From Escherichia phage vB_EcoM_CRJP21: 64,000 nt of DNA. Every line of letters starts with the position of its first letter. Position 1 is the stretch's first letter. Shown here piece after piece: positions 48,916 to 58,228 of the stretch. Location: the sequence record OQ708376.1; one strand, written 5' to 3'. The notes under the pieces are model-generated. The model made no database searches and was not told the origin of the DNA. It saw only the letters and a program-made list of their open reading frames with translations. Made by a program: the position numbers and the translations under genes.

Positions 48916-49142
48916 GTTATGGCGTTCGTTTTGAGATTCGTTCTATTGTCATCAATGCAGAGAAACAAGTATCGTTGGATGGTGATATACGTGAAATTTA
49001 TCTATCATGTATCCGTGCGAAATCTGAAGCAGATGCCTTAGTACAAATGTATAGTTTTAACTTTTCAAATGGATTCTATTTGGTACGAGTTATTGAAGTG
49101 AAAAAAGTACTTATTGGTTGTAGCATAGAAGGATTAATGTAA
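48912..49142 (+). CDS. Hypothetical protein (76 aa)
   Basis: ORF overlapping the upstream stop. Confidence 0.45.
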   Translation: MSYGVRFEIRSIVINAEKQVSLDGDIREIYLSCIRAKSEADALVQMYSFNFSNGFYLVRVIEVKKVLIGCSIEGLM

Positions 49143-49143
49143 A

Positions 49144-49932
49144 ATGAGCACTATAGATGAACTGATTCGACGGAATTCAAAATATTACCAACCATCAGAA
49201 ATTGTAGGTAACATTACCAAATCAGAGTTTGGTCCAAATACTCGAAAACTCATTCATGTAATGTCACGTGATGGCTTTAAATGTGATTGTTGCGGTGAAT
49301 CTAATGTAGTATTCACTTTACACAAGCACAGTACTAAAGATCGTTATAAATTCAGACCTTATGTACTTAAAGGGAAACGCCTTGTACGCATGACGTTAGA
49401 CCATAATGTACTGGACTGTCTTCAGGGCGGTAATGATAAAGAGAACATGACTGCACTGTGTGAAGATTGTAACGCATTACGCCAGCATAAGTTTGCTGAA
49501 TACAGTGAGTTTAAACACTGGTATAATAACGCGGATCGTTCAATCGAGCCTGACGTTAACTACTGCTTCATTGAGTACATTAAGAATGCCAAAGATACAT
49601 ACATTCTTAAATCAATGTCACCTATTACCGTGTTTCCTGAGAACCTATTCACTACATTAAAGAATAGTTTTATTGTAGGTGATATTGATGCATTCAAGTA
49701 TTTTGACAAAGGTGCAAAACATTTTGAAATTCAATGTCTTAGTACTGCACTATGTGAACTCATTAAAATTTACATAAAAGAGTATTTGGGTATTGACAAT
49801 GTACGTGTACCAGAGTATACTTTTTCTATTGAATTCGATTGTGAATCAATCAAAGAGTTTGGAATTCTTTTCAATAAACAAATAGAACTTGCAATTCAAA
49901 ACGAAATCAAGTACTATACTACTAACATTTAA
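49144..49932 (+). CDS. HNH-family endonuclease (homing-endonuclease-like)
   Basis: FKCDCCGES ... TLDHNVLDCLQGGNDKENMTALCEDCNALRQH: paired CxxC with His/Asn core typical of HNH. Confidence 0.6.
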   Translation: MSTIDELIRRNSKYYQPSEIVGNITKSEFGPNTRKLIHVMSRDGFKCDCCGESNVVFTLHKHSTKDRYKFRPYVLKGKRLVRMTLDHNVLDCLQGGNDKENMTALCEDCNALRQHKFAEYSEFKHWYNNADRSIEPDVNYCFIEYIKNAKDTYILKSMSPITVFPENLFTTLKNSFIVGDIDAFKYFDKGAKHFEIQCLSTALCELIKIYIKEYLGIDNVRVPEYTFSIEFDCESIKEFGILFNKQIELAIQNEIKYYTTNI

Positions 49933-49947
49933 TCAGAGGAAATTATC

Positions 49948-50130
49948 ATGCAAATTATCATTCTTATCGTTGGCATCATGCTGGGTGTTTACGGTCACTC
50001 CTGGATGAACGAGAAGTTTCCTAATACGCGTCCTGAGTATTGCAGTTCTAATGTATTCCAGAATGGTGAGAAACCAAAGGAAAGCATTGGTAAAAAGCTG
50101 GATAAAGTACTTGATGTGATCAATGAATAA
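49948..50130 (+). CDS. Small membrane protein (60 aa)
   Basis: Hydrophobic N-terminus MQIIILIVGIMLGVYG; RBS AGAGGAAA. Confidence 0.5.
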   Translation: MQIIILIVGIMLGVYGHSWMNEKFPNTRPEYCSSNVFQNGEKPKESIGKKLDKVLDVINE

Positions 50131-50341
50131 GGGCCATAAAATGTTTAAACCGAATTCCAATGTTGGTAAGAAAGTTCAATTACTTGAAGATGTATCCACC
50201 ATGAGTGGAATTTTCCCAAGAGGTCACATCATGACTATTATTGCCGAAACATCCCGTGGGTGGGATTTGGAAGATGCTGATGGTAATCGCATCCTTGAGG
50301 CTGGATTCTATGGTCATCGTGAATATAAAATCGTTGATTAA
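50123..50341 (+). CDS. Hypothetical protein (72 aa)
   Basis: ORF overlapping the upstream stop. Confidence 0.45.
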   Translation: MNKGHKMFKPNSNVGKKVQLLEDVSTMSGIFPRGHIMTIIAETSRGWDLEDADGNRILEAGFYGHREYKIVD

Positions 50342-50350
50342 GGATACAAC

Positions 50351-50434
50351 ATGACTTTAGAGATTGTCTTTGGTATTGTTAGCTTAGTCGTCTGTGTGGG
50401 TTGGTTTGGGTATCTGATGATTTTTAGTGATTAA
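50351..50434 (+). CDS. Small hydrophobic peptide (27 aa)
   Basis: RBS TAAGGATA then ATG; MTLEIVFGIVSLVVCVGWFGYLMIFSD; not in the ORF track. Confidence 0.3.
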   Translation: MTLEIVFGIVSLVVCVGWFGYLMIFSD

Positions 50435-50437
50435 TAC

Positions 50438-50465
50438 TTGACATAAGATATCAGTACTGTATAAT
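50438..50465 (+). promoter_or_regulatory. Sigma-70-type early promoter with CAGTACTG spacer palindrome
   Basis: TTGACA-TAAGATATCAGTACTG-TATAAT-GTTT. Confidence 0.6.
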
Positions 50466-50510
50466 GTTTATATCAAACGAAATCCACTTTAACAAATGAT
50501 AGGAAATATT

Positions 50511-50789
50511 ATGTCTTTTTCTAAAGAAGAACGTGACCTTATTAAAAAAGCAATCTGGTTTTATGCTAATGAAGGGAAGTGCGATGAAGAAAAAGCACGT
50601 GAACTGTGTAATATCTTTGAGAAGAAACAAGATCTAAAAGTGTATCGTATCCGTGATTTGGATGAAGGGGATCGTATTGTCCTAGCTGAAACAAAAGAAG
50701 AAGCAGAACAAATCTTCACTGATAAAAACGAAAATCCACATTGGATGGAAGAAGTCTGTGATGTTAAAAAAGGTACTTATATCGATTGA
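50511..50789 (+). CDS. Hypothetical acidic protein (92 aa)
   Basis: Track 50496..50789; start moved to ATG 50511 behind TAGGAAA. Confidence 0.5.
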   Translation: MSFSKEERDLIKKAIWFYANEGKCDEEKARELCNIFEKKQDLKVYRIRDLDEGDRIVLAETKEEAEQIFTDKNENPHWMEEVCDVKKGTYID

Positions 50790-50814
50790 CAGTACTGAAT
50801 AATAGCAGTATTAT
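50786..50814 (+). promoter_or_regulatory. Sigma-70-type promoter
   Basis: TTGACA-GTACTGAATAATAGCAG-TATTAT. Confidence 0.5.
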
Positions 50815-50827
50815 GTTTTATATAAAA

Positions 50828-50887
50828 GGGAATGCAGTGAAAGGAAAGACAGCATAATCGTACTCGTCACTGCGTTCCCGCCCTTTT
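50828..50887 (+). promoter_or_regulatory. Long leader hairpin (5'-UTR structure or attenuator)
   Basis: GGGAATGCAGTGA ... TCACTGCGTTCCC (13 bp, one mismatch) then GCCCTTTT, between the promoter and the RBS of the gene at 50909. Confidence 0.45.
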
Positions 50888-50908
50888 AAATTAAATGAGG
50901 AATTAACT

Positions 50909-51217
50909 ATGTTTCAAACTAACACTCAAGGTTTTGTAATCATCGATTTGAATCAAAACAGCGGTCATTGGATGAAACCTACTGACGCATGTATGCAGTT
51001 TGATTTCTTAGGTTACAAAATTAGTGTAAGTACTGGTGCTTCTGTACTGAGAGGTGGTTGTATCGTTGAACATCTGGTAACTGATCCAGAAGGTCGTGAG
51101 TATGAAATCGCAGGTTCAGTACAAGATGCCATTATGTTTGTATGTCAGCGTGAAATGAATGGTTCGAATTCAAATGCACTGACTCATGCTCTTTCTCAAG
51201 AAGTGGAGGTTCGTTAA
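50909..51217 (+). CDS. Hypothetical protein (102 aa)
   Basis: ORF with RBS ATGAGGAA. Confidence 0.55.
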   Translation: MFQTNTQGFVIIDLNQNSGHWMKPTDACMQFDFLGYKISVSTGASVLRGGCIVEHLVTDPEGREYEIAGSVQDAIMFVCQREMNGSNSNALTHALSQEVEVR

Positions 51218-51462
51218 TGAAATACATTGTAGCAGTACTCGTCGCATTTCTACTCACTGCATGTGATGCTTCTACCAAAGAACGTACAAGTGATTTTGTT
51301 CTACCTGCTGAATTAAAAGAAGCAGGGTGTAAGATTTATCGTATGCAACAAGATGGTGCTGGTGCGACTTTATACACTGTGTACTGTCCTAATGCAAATA
51401 CAAGTACTGGATACACTAGCGGTAAAACACGAATCAACACTTCCGTAATTCATGGAGAATAA
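51217..51462 (+). CDS. Putative lipoprotein (81 aa)
   Basis: Signal peptide with lipobox MKYIVAVLVAFLLTAC. Confidence 0.55.
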   Translation: MKYIVAVLVAFLLTACDASTKERTSDFVLPAELKEAGCKIYRMQQDGAGATLYTVYCPNANTSTGYTSGKTRINTSVIHGE

Positions 51463-51464
51463 CA

Positions 51465-51833
51465 ATGAGCCTTGATACAACACGTGCAGCAGATTTATTA
51501 ACTCGTCTGAATGATGAAGAATATCTTGCTGAGATAAAGTACAAGCTTGACAAACTTGTTCGAAGTGCTGAAGTAATTGAAGTTGAAGGTCACTTACCGA
51601 TGGATCAATACCATAGGTTCAAGGAAGATATGGTTTATTATCCTAATGAAATTTGGATTGAGTGGCAACATTGGACTAACAAAACTCTTCGCATTGAAGG
51701 GTATTGTGTGAAGTATGAAAGTTCACCTGGTGATGTTACAAAAACTCTATCAATTTGGTGTACAAAAACAAATGAACTCGTTGAGGTGAATTTGAATTAT
51801 ATGAATGGATTCCGTTGGGGTGATGTTAAATGA
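51465..51833 (+). CDS. Hypothetical protein (122 aa)
   Basis: ORF 2 nt after the upstream stop. Confidence 0.5.
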   Translation: MSLDTTRAADLLTRLNDEEYLAEIKYKLDKLVRSAEVIEVEGHLPMDQYHRFKEDMVYYPNEIWIEWQHWTNKTLRIEGYCVKYESSPGDVTKTLSIWCTKTNELVEVNLNYMNGFRWGDVK

Positions 51834-52105
51834 TTAAAAAACTCTTGACTGGAATCATTGTGTGCAGTACAATGTTTCTTACAGCATGTAATGATGACGG
51901 CAGGTTTAGTGCAAAAGACTTAGTTCGTCAGGATTGTACATTCACAGGTAAGTCTTTTATTAACGAGTATGAAATATGTACACAATCAGGTCGTATCTGT
52001 GGTGGTTGGGAAAAACGTCAGGAGCGATTGTATGTATATGAATGCCCTGGACATCACAACAAAGTACTAAGCACACACAAACTTGTTTATGATAAGGTTG
52101 AATAA
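51830..52105 (+). CDS. Putative lipoprotein (91 aa)
   Basis: Signal peptide with lipobox MIKKLLTGIIVCSTMFLTAC; several Cys residues. Confidence 0.55.
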   Translation: MIKKLLTGIIVCSTMFLTACNDDGRFSAKDLVRQDCTFTGKSFINEYEICTQSGRICGGWEKRQERLYVYECPGHHNKVLSTHKLVYDKVE

Positions 52106-52320
52106 TGACTACCAATGAAATGATGCAGGTTATTTGGGATAAAGGTTGTGATATTAAAATCACTAGTACTGATGTTCGTGTATTCAAAACTGAATATATG
52201 GAGTACTTGGACCTTGATACTTATAATAATATTGTATCAATTGAACACAAAGGTGCAGTACTGGAAACCATTGACGTAGTACTCAAGAAAGCTACCGACC
52301 TATTAGGAGTGGCAGTGTGA
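52105..52320 (+). CDS. Hypothetical protein (71 aa)
   Basis: ORF with start overlapping the upstream stop (TAATG). Confidence 0.5.
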   Translation: MTTNEMMQVIWDKGCDIKITSTDVRVFKTEYMEYLDLDTYNNIVSIEHKGAVLETIDVVLKKATDLLGVAV

Positions 52321-52463
52321 ATAACAAAGAGTGGGAAGATTACCGCAAGAAGTGCAGGGAGTTTGATAAAGAACTTACTGGTACAGTGAATGCAGTAATG
52401 TGGGTATCTGTAATTATTGCAGTTCTTGCGTTGGGTGCTATTATTATTAATAAATTATTCTAA
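52317..52463 (+). CDS. Small membrane protein (48 aa), GTG start
   Basis: RBS TAGGAG 7 nt upstream of GTG; C-terminal TM helix VMWVSVIIAVLALGAIII; not in the ORF track. Confidence 0.3.
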   Translation: MNNKEWEDYRKKCREFDKELTGTVNAVMWVSVIIAVLALGAIIINKLF

Positions 52464-52473
52464 GGCGAATATC

Positions 52474-52674
52474 ATGTTTACTTTATATCTCGCAGTAGTT
52501 CTCACCAATGGTGAAATCACTCGTACTATTGGTGAAGGTGTATATAAAACACCAGACCAGTGCTACTCTGCCACTCATTGGCCTCGCGATAGTGGGGATG
52601 AAACTCGCACTGAATTCAAATGCATGAAAGTAAAAGGTGATTTTGTTAACCTTAAGGTTATCGAGGCGAAATAA
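52474..52674 (+). CDS. Small protein with hydrophobic N-terminus (66 aa)
   Basis: Track 52417..52674; start moved to ATG 52474 behind TAAGGCGAA. Confidence 0.45.
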   Translation: MFTLYLAVVLTNGEITRTIGEGVYKTPDQCYSATHWPRDSGDETRTEFKCMKVKGDFVNLKVIEAK

Positions 52675-53192
52675 TGGATATTAATGAGTTGTTGAAATTA
52701 GTGTTTAATCGTGAACGCCGCGATACAAGACCAATTGAATATCAAGATGTGATACGCATTGAAACTGATTTCTGTTATGGTAAAACAACTCATGACCTTT
52801 TGAATCTCTCTGGAAAACGCTATGCTGATGTTTGTTTTTCAGAGAGAAGTGATGGTTCAGAAATAACGAGTACTGATATTGTTTGTTACGCACGCAGTGC
52901 TGATAAATCTTATGAAATAGAACTTATATATTCCCCTAGTTCTAAAACAAATCATCACCGCCATATTTTATATGATGTTTACACACCACCTGGTATTGCT
53001 GAATATTTTGTTATTGATTATAGTACTGAAGAAAATGTGTTTCAACAAAGTTTGATTCATAACTTTGAGGTGAATGATCCATTAGTACCAAAGTTGTTCA
53101 AACTACTTGACACCATCGATGTTGATTTTGAATTTGTTATGTGCATTAGAACTTCTTTATTCAATGAATTCATGGAACTTTTTAATATATGA
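52674..53192 (+). CDS. FFQxS-motif paralog family member
   Basis: Motif instance TEENVFQQSLIHNFEVNDPL. Confidence 0.55.
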   Translation: MDINELLKLVFNRERRDTRPIEYQDVIRIETDFCYGKTTHDLLNLSGKRYADVCFSERSDGSEITSTDIVCYARSADKSYEIELIYSPSSKTNHHRHILYDVYTPPGIAEYFVIDYSTEENVFQQSLIHNFEVNDPLVPKLFKLLDTIDVDFEFVMCIRTSLFNEFMELFNI

Positions 53193-53410
53193 ATAGATAC
53201 TATGTTGTGTATGAACACGTCTCTGAATTTAATAACATACGCGGGTTTTCCAGAGTAGTCACCAAGATGGATGTATTCATTCGTGCTCTTAGTGAAGTAG
53301 ATGCACTGTTTAAATTGTTTGATGAAATTACAAAGTATAACACACCTAAAACACACCGCTATGTGGAAACTGTACATAGCATTATGCTAACTGAAAGTGA
53401 TGAGGAATGA
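53189..53410 (+). CDS. Hypothetical protein (73 aa)
   Basis: ORF overlapping the upstream stop. Confidence 0.45.
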   Translation: MNRYYVVYEHVSEFNNIRGFSRVVTKMDVFIRALSEVDALFKLFDEITKYNTPKTHRYVETVHSIMLTESDEE

Positions 53411-53413
53411 TAA

Positions 53414-53632
53414 ATGAATTTATATCTAGTTGAAGGTTTAGTACAAGTCTATAAACCAGAAGGTGAAGGTCAACGTTTTTCACACGTAGAAGAATTTAAG
53501 TACGTTGTACAGGCTGATGGTCAGTACGATGCGGAAATTCAAGTAGATGAATCATTCCGTAAGAAAAATGAAATTGGTAAATTTCAATACCAGAACTTAC
53601 AATATAAAGTATGGCCTAGTATAAATGACTAA
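53414..53632 (+). CDS. Hypothetical protein (72 aa)
   Basis: ORF 3 nt after the upstream stop. Confidence 0.45.
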   Translation: MNLYLVEGLVQVYKPEGEGQRFSHVEEFKYVVQADGQYDAEIQVDESFRKKNEIGKFQYQNLQYKVWPSIND

Positions 53633-53840
53633 GATGTGGTGGTGTCATGGTGTATATAACGTGTATGTAAATGGTAGATATAAAATGTCTAGTACCTATG
53701 CAAGACGTGTTAATGCGAACAACCAAGTTGATGCTGCTTGTGAGATCATTGAGTGGTATGCTGAGTTCAATGCACCTGACTATATGTACGAAATAGTTAC
53801 AATAAATGTTGTACAAATCGATACATCTTTGATACAATAA
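53625..53840 (+). CDS. Hypothetical protein (71 aa)
   Basis: ORF overlapping the upstream gene by 8 nt. Confidence 0.45.
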   Translation: MTKMWWCHGVYNVYVNGRYKMSSTYARRVNANNQVDAACEIIEWYAEFNAPDYMYEIVTINVVQIDTSLIQ

Positions 53841-53872
53841 CCACATCAAAAAAATTGCATCTGAGGATACTT

Positions 53873-54535
53873 ATGTTAGTTAATCTTAATTTCATCACTT
53901 CACCTGACTGGGCATTACGTGGAGTTTCTTTAAACTTCAAGGAAACTATGTTTGACTACATTGGTGAGTGTACATTGGTAAATGCAACTTTTGATCCAAA
54001 TCATCCGTTTTGGGCTGAAATTCATGATCCAAATGTAAACAACAATACATCTGTTATGACTATTGTCCAGACTAAACATGCAGGTATCCTTGCAGGTTAT
54101 CGACCTGCACATGCAATTGAACACTTCACTGATTACGATGTCGTGGATGAATACCCAATGATCCATGAAGATGGAAGTCTATACACATCTGAAGACTTCC
54201 GTGCTATCTTTAATAGTACTGATGATATTCTACCAAGTGGACGTCCACGTCCTGAGTCTTATCTTATGCATCCATCTTATGGTGTAGCAGATACGCTTGA
54301 ACAGATTATGAATAAGTACAAGAACCTAATTGAAGGTCCAGAAGAAATTGTCCTGTGCTATCACCCAGTACTGAAGTCTGAACAACCAAAGGATGGTGGA
54401 TGGCGTTGGCATAAGAATGGTGAGTATATCGGTACTAAACGAAGTAAAGAACGTTTTGAGTACTTGTATGATGAGCCAGATGTTGATGTGGTTTTGTGTT
54501 ATAATTTTATTAAGGTGAAAAAGAAATGTATCTAG
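53873..54535 (+). CDS. Hypothetical protein (about 220 aa)
   Basis: Track 53855..54535 begins at TTG; start moved to ATG 53873 behind TGAGGATA. Confidence 0.5.
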   Translation: MLVNLNFITSPDWALRGVSLNFKETMFDYIGECTLVNATFDPNHPFWAEIHDPNVNNNTSVMTIVQTKHAGILAGYRPAHAIEHFTDYDVVDEYPMIHEDGSLYTSEDFRAIFNSTDDILPSGRPRPESYLMHPSYGVADTLEQIMNKYKNLIEGPEEIVLCYHPVLKSEQPKDGGWRWHKNGEYIGTKRSKERFEYLYDEPDVDVVLCYNFIKVKKKCI

Positions 54536-54768
54536 TACTAAGTTTTGTTGTTGCACTATTGTTTATGTTCTATCCTACACTAGTGGCATTAGCCACTAGA
54601 CGAACGATGGTAGATCTCACTACTGTATTCTTGCTAAACGTGGCATTAGTACTGGTGTCTATTATCATTCCAGTGAGCTTTACAGTTATTGATATTATTT
54701 CGGTATTACTCTTCGTGTTAAGTTATCTTATGCTTATTGAAGAAACAAATGTTGACAAACGTTCGTAG
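54526..54768 (+). CDS. Small membrane protein (80 aa)
   Basis: Two TM helices (LVLSFVVALLFMFYPTLVALA, LLNVALVLVSIIIPVSFTVIDIISVLLFVL). Confidence 0.5.
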   Translation: MYLVLSFVVALLFMFYPTLVALATRRTMVDLTTVFLLNVALVLVSIIIPVSFTVIDIISVLLFVLSYLMLIEETNVDKRS

Positions 54769-54779
54769 TACTGTATAAT
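54752..54779 (+). promoter_or_regulatory. Sigma-70-type early promoter with GTACTG spacer motif
   Basis: TTGACA-AACGTTCGTAGTACTG-TATAAT-GGTT. Confidence 0.6.
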
Positions 54780-54825
54780 GGTTCCTGTAGTCTGAAACTT
54801 AACACTTAAACTTGAGGTAAAAAAT

Positions 54826-55152
54826 ATGCTATCAGTACTAATTTCAATTCCGTCTTTAATTCTGATTTGGCTTCTGGTTTACGAATGCTTTATTACTGAT
54901 GATAATGATAAAAAAGAGTTCTCTGAGTTGTTTATGCTTGATTCACCGATTGTGCGTATTTTCTATACAGTAGTTGTGGTTTCAGTAATTGTATGGGTTT
55001 TGAGTTTTATCTTCCCACTCGGTGCAGTAGTTAAAACTTTGGATTTAGTTGAGAACTTTGTTGCAATTATGTGGCTAATCAAAGCACTATTTGCAGGAAA
55101 TGTTAAAATTTGGATTGATATTATCAAATTCAAGTTCACGAATAAGATGTAA
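54826..55152 (+). CDS. Membrane protein (108 aa)
   Basis: Multiple hydrophobic helices (VLISIPSLILIWLLV, FYTVVVVSVIVWVLSFIF). Confidence 0.5.
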   Translation: MLSVLISIPSLILIWLLVYECFITDDNDKKEFSELFMLDSPIVRIFYTVVVVSVIVWVLSFIFPLGAVVKTLDLVENFVAIMWLIKALFAGNVKIWIDIIKFKFTNKM

Positions 55153-55230
55153 CAGTGAAAATATCTCTATAGTATTAAATACTTCTGTACATATATATAG
55201 TACAGAAGTATTTCTCGTTAGAGGTTTGTT

Positions 55231-55590
55231 ATGAAGAGTTATATAAAATTAATAGCACTTGTGTGTGCATTATTTTCATGTTTTAGTTATGGTGCAGCAG
55301 CAGAAACATATTGTCGTAGTACTAAGGGAACGTGGCATGTATTGACTAACGACCCTAGAAATGGTAAAAATATAGTTGTTGATGGTGTGATTTATCGTTT
55401 TAAAGTAGAAAGTATTATCGGTAATAAAAAAATCTCGACTTATAGAGATGATTCTGGTACATTAGCAAACGTAATATTAATTGTAGACCCAAGAACTGGT
55501 AATGGTGATATCTATATAGTAATTTACTTGGACTCATCGGTACGCCGTGACCTAGATATAGATAAATTGAACTTACACTGTGAAATATAG
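55231..55590 (+). CDS. Secreted protein (119 aa)
   Basis: Signal peptide MKSYIKLIALVCALFSCFSYGAAAE. Confidence 0.55.
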   Translation: MKSYIKLIALVCALFSCFSYGAAAETYCRSTKGTWHVLTNDPRNGKNIVVDGVIYRFKVESIIGNKKISTYRDDSGTLANVILIVDPRTGNGDIYIVIYLDSSVRRDLDIDKLNLHCEI

Positions 55591-55601
55591 GACTTAAAAA
55601 A

Positions 55602-55979
55602 ATGGTAAACACTATTTTACTTTTGTTGTTGAATATTCCAATTATTCTGTCTTTTTTAATTTCTATTTTTATGGCAGGATATTGTTTAGTTGCAGTAATT
55701 CATTTCATTTTAACAAACAAATATGTCCTAATTTCTAAGCTTGATTCTATTTTTGCTTGCGATTCGATTGCTTATAACTTGTGGTTAATTTGTTCTTGCA
55801 TTATGGGAGTAACTTTCCTTCTGTATGTATTTGATGTCCTTGACCAAAAGTTCGTATACATCAGTACTGGATTGGCTCTTTATCCTGCTACGTGGTACTT
55901 GATTTACGTTGGTGATATATGGTATAGTACTTATAAAGAATATCAGTACAAGAAATCACTTAACGTTGGAGGAAAATAA
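55602..55979 (+). CDS. Membrane protein (125 aa)
   Basis: Hydrophobic helices (ILLLLLNIPIILSFLISIFMAGYCLVAVI, LWLICSCIMGVTFLLYVF). Confidence 0.5.
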   Translation: MVNTILLLLLNIPIILSFLISIFMAGYCLVAVIHFILTNKYVLISKLDSIFACDSIAYNLWLICSCIMGVTFLLYVFDVLDQKFVYISTGLALYPATWYLIYVGDIWYSTYKEYQYKKSLNVGGK

Positions 55980-55981
55980 TC

Positions 55982-56332
55982 ATGAAAATTATTTTATTTT
56001 TTGTATGTATGTTAATGTGTGGATTGTCATATGCTGAACCATTGGAAGGTTTAGTTTGTACAGATGGTAATATTAAACATATCTATCAAGGTGATAGTGA
56101 CGATCGAGATATTGTATATATTGATGGACAATCATATACGTTTGTTAAAGAGCATACAGTAGGCGACATTAGCTTCACTGAGTTTTCTAACGACACAGAC
56201 CCTAACTTCTTAGCGTTTATTGAAGTAGATGTATATGAAGATAGTAATGGCACACAATATGCTAAATTAGTTATGATGCGTCGTGGTGCTAAAGAAACTA
56301 GTTTTGGTGGCTTGTGTAAATATAAGGATTGA
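55982..56332 (+). CDS. Secreted protein (116 aa)
   Basis: Signal peptide MKIILFFVCMLMCGLSYA. Confidence 0.55.
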   Translation: MKIILFFVCMLMCGLSYAEPLEGLVCTDGNIKHIYQGDSDDRDIVYIDGQSYTFVKEHTVGDISFTEFSNDTDPNFLAFIEVDVYEDSNGTQYAKLVMMRRGAKETSFGGLCKYKD

Positions 56333-56336
56333 TATT

Positions 56337-56528
56337 ATGTTGATTTATCAAAGTGATAATATTCGTGTTATGCAGCATCCCTACTTACAAATCTTTGATG
56401 TGCAGCAGTATATGGAAGGTGATGACCCAAGAACCTATGGTCGTAAGTATGATTACTTCACTGTAAAGCAGTGTAAAAATATTAACGAAGTACGACAATT
56501 AGTTCAAGAACTTCAAAACAAAGGTTGA
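56337..56528 (+). CDS. Hypothetical protein (63 aa)
   Basis: Track 56283..56528; start moved to ATG 56337 behind TAAGGATTGA. Confidence 0.45.
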   Translation: MLIYQSDNIRVMQHPYLQIFDVQQYMEGDDPRTYGRKYDYFTVKQCKNINEVRQLVQELQNKG

Positions 56529-56554
56529 CTTCGGTCAGCCTTTTTTGTTATAAT
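56523..56554 (+). terminator. UUCG-tetraloop terminator that also carries a -35 box (composite terminator-promoter module)
   Basis: GGTTGAC-TTCG-GTCAGCC then TTTTTT; embedded TTGACT followed 18 bp later by TATAAT. Confidence 0.7.
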
Positions 56555-56582
56555 TCTCTTAATAAATTAGAGGATTTTAATT

Positions 56583-57023
56583 ATGTATGTATATCGTTTT
56601 GAACTTAAATTCAGTTACATTGAACCTAACTTAGAACCTGCACGAACTGTAGGTCCGTTTGCACGGTATTCAACCAGATACAGTACTAAAAATGGATTTG
56701 ACCGTTTGCTTATGACTACACCTTCTCAATTCCAACCTGAACCAACTGAGGATGGGATCTATTCAATCAAAAGTGGATGGGTATTTGGCTGTCAAAGTTT
56801 GAAAGATTTGTTCAGATTCTTCACTATGGACTTGGGTAAATTGCATCGTGCTGGGTTTGCTATATCTGTATATGAAGTTCCAGACCACCATGTAGACATT
56901 GGTCGTAATCAGGTTCAGTACTATTGCGGTAGTGCTAAATTAGTTCGTATCATGTCAGTTAAGGAAGCAAAGGATGAGTTCCGACAAAGTAAAAGAGAAA
57001 CACATGAGGTAATATATGGATAA
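56583..57023 (+). CDS. Hypothetical protein (146 aa)
   Basis: ORF with RBS AGAGGATT. Confidence 0.55.
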   Translation: MYVYRFELKFSYIEPNLEPARTVGPFARYSTRYSTKNGFDRLLMTTPSQFQPEPTEDGIYSIKSGWVFGCQSLKDLFRFFTMDLGKLHRAGFAISVYEVPDHHVDIGRNQVQYYCGSAKLVRIMSVKEAKDEFRQSKRETHEVIYG

Positions 57024-57360
57024 AACTCAAATAGAATTAAAGAAATTTGTTTCATTCTATCTTCCTGATGACCCACGTAATTCACAAAAAGATATTGAAT
57101 ATTATAATATCCTATCTAAACAGTTAATGAGAAAGTTTCAACAGTGTTTAACTATATTCAATACAGATGGAAGACGTAGATACCGAATCGTTTCAATGAA
57201 TGATGAAAACGCAAATTTCTTTGATTACGATGTAGTTTTTAGAGCATATAATGATGATCGTATAAAATTAAATTATGATCAAATTATACTTGACCTGAAT
57301 GTTATATGTGTTATAATCACTCACGTAGCCGAACTTAATGGTTTTAAAGAATGGTATTGA
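57016..57360 (+). CDS. Hypothetical protein (114 aa)
   Basis: ORF overlapping the upstream stop. Confidence 0.5.
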   Translation: MDKTQIELKKFVSFYLPDDPRNSQKDIEYYNILSKQLMRKFQQCLTIFNTDGRRRYRIVSMNDENANFFDYDVVFRAYNDDRIKLNYDQIILDLNVICVIITHVAELNGFKEWY

Positions 57361-57374
57361 ATAGAGGATAACAT

Positions 57375-57641
57375 ATGAAGCTTAAATTACAATATAATGG
57401 ATTTACTTTACGTAATGATACTGAATTTATTAATCGTTCTCCTGGTGCTGAACTGTTTTTACGAGAGATGAACATTCCTTTCATCATTACTACAGTGGGC
57501 GACCGTGAAGTTCTACAATATGCAGAGCATCCGATTATTGATGTTCCTTGGTACTCTGAGCATATGTACATGGATATGGCACGTCGCTACAACTGTAAGT
57601 TCGTAGTTGAAGGTGATAAAATTACAGTCGAATTTAAATAA
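57375..57641 (+). CDS. Hypothetical protein (88 aa)
   Basis: ORF with RBS AGAGGATAA. Confidence 0.5.
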   Translation: MKLKLQYNGFTLRNDTEFINRSPGAELFLREMNIPFIITTVGDREVLQYAEHPIIDVPWYSEHMYMDMARRYNCKFVVEGDKITVEFK

Positions 57642-57653
57642 GGTAAATTAAAA

Positions 57654-57947
57654 ATGATCAGTACTTCAGTTAATGAAAGCATCGTCGCTGACGTAGAAAT
57701 GGTTAAAGAATGTGCAGATGAAACTCTTCGTGATATGTACATTAATGATTTAATTACTGAATACGGTAGTCGTGGTGTACACGAATTTATTCGTTTAAGT
57801 GGAGAGTTGATGAAAAATCGAATTCGTATGAAGCTTAACGTACATCCAAAAGCATGGGCATTTACATTAAAATACGCAGAAGATATTGTTAATTTGCGTC
57901 GAACTGAAGTATATGAACGTTTGCACAATGGTATGTTAGATAAATGA
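57654..57947 (+). CDS. Hypothetical protein (97 aa)
   Basis: ORF with RBS AAGGTAAA. Confidence 0.5.
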   Translation: MISTSVNESIVADVEMVKECADETLRDMYINDLITEYGSRGVHEFIRLSGELMKNRIRMKLNVHPKAWAFTLKYAEDIVNLRRTEVYERLHNGMLDK

Positions 57948-57999
57948 TTGTAAAATAGGAATTCTTAAATGAATTCCTTTTTGTTTATAAGGTATAGTA

Positions 58000-58221
58000 A
58001 TGAAATATATAGTACTTGTACTGATATTATTCAGTACTGTTGTAAGTGCTAAACAAAAAGAATATGTTAAATGTATAAATTATGAAGAGAAATATGTTGA
58101 AACATATAAAAAAAGTATAATTAAAAACGTTTCGATTACTAACAGAGCAACAATCATTGTACTTAAAAATGGGTTAATTATGCTATATAAACCACACGTT
58201 AAATGTGAAATTATTAATTGA
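58000..58221 (+). CDS. Small secreted protein (73 aa)
   Basis: Signal peptide MKYIVLVLILFSTVVSA. Confidence 0.5.
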   Translation: MKYIVLVLILFSTVVSAKQKEYVKCINYEEKYVETYKKSIIKNVSITNRATIIVLKNGLIMLYKPHVKCEIIN

Positions 58222-58228
58222 GGAAATT

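Noticed and set aside
48090-49932. IscB/OMEGA-RNA or retron interpretation of the structured segment plus HNH gene
   Set aside because: The HNH protein is only 262 aa and lacks RuvC-like motifs (so not IscB), and no reverse transcriptase is nearby (so not a retron). Kept only as a generic structured-RNA candidate.
57344-57928. Minus-strand ORFs 57344..57571 and 57587..57928
   Set aside because: Antisense to consecutive plus-strand ORFs with RBSs; no promoter on the minus strand.
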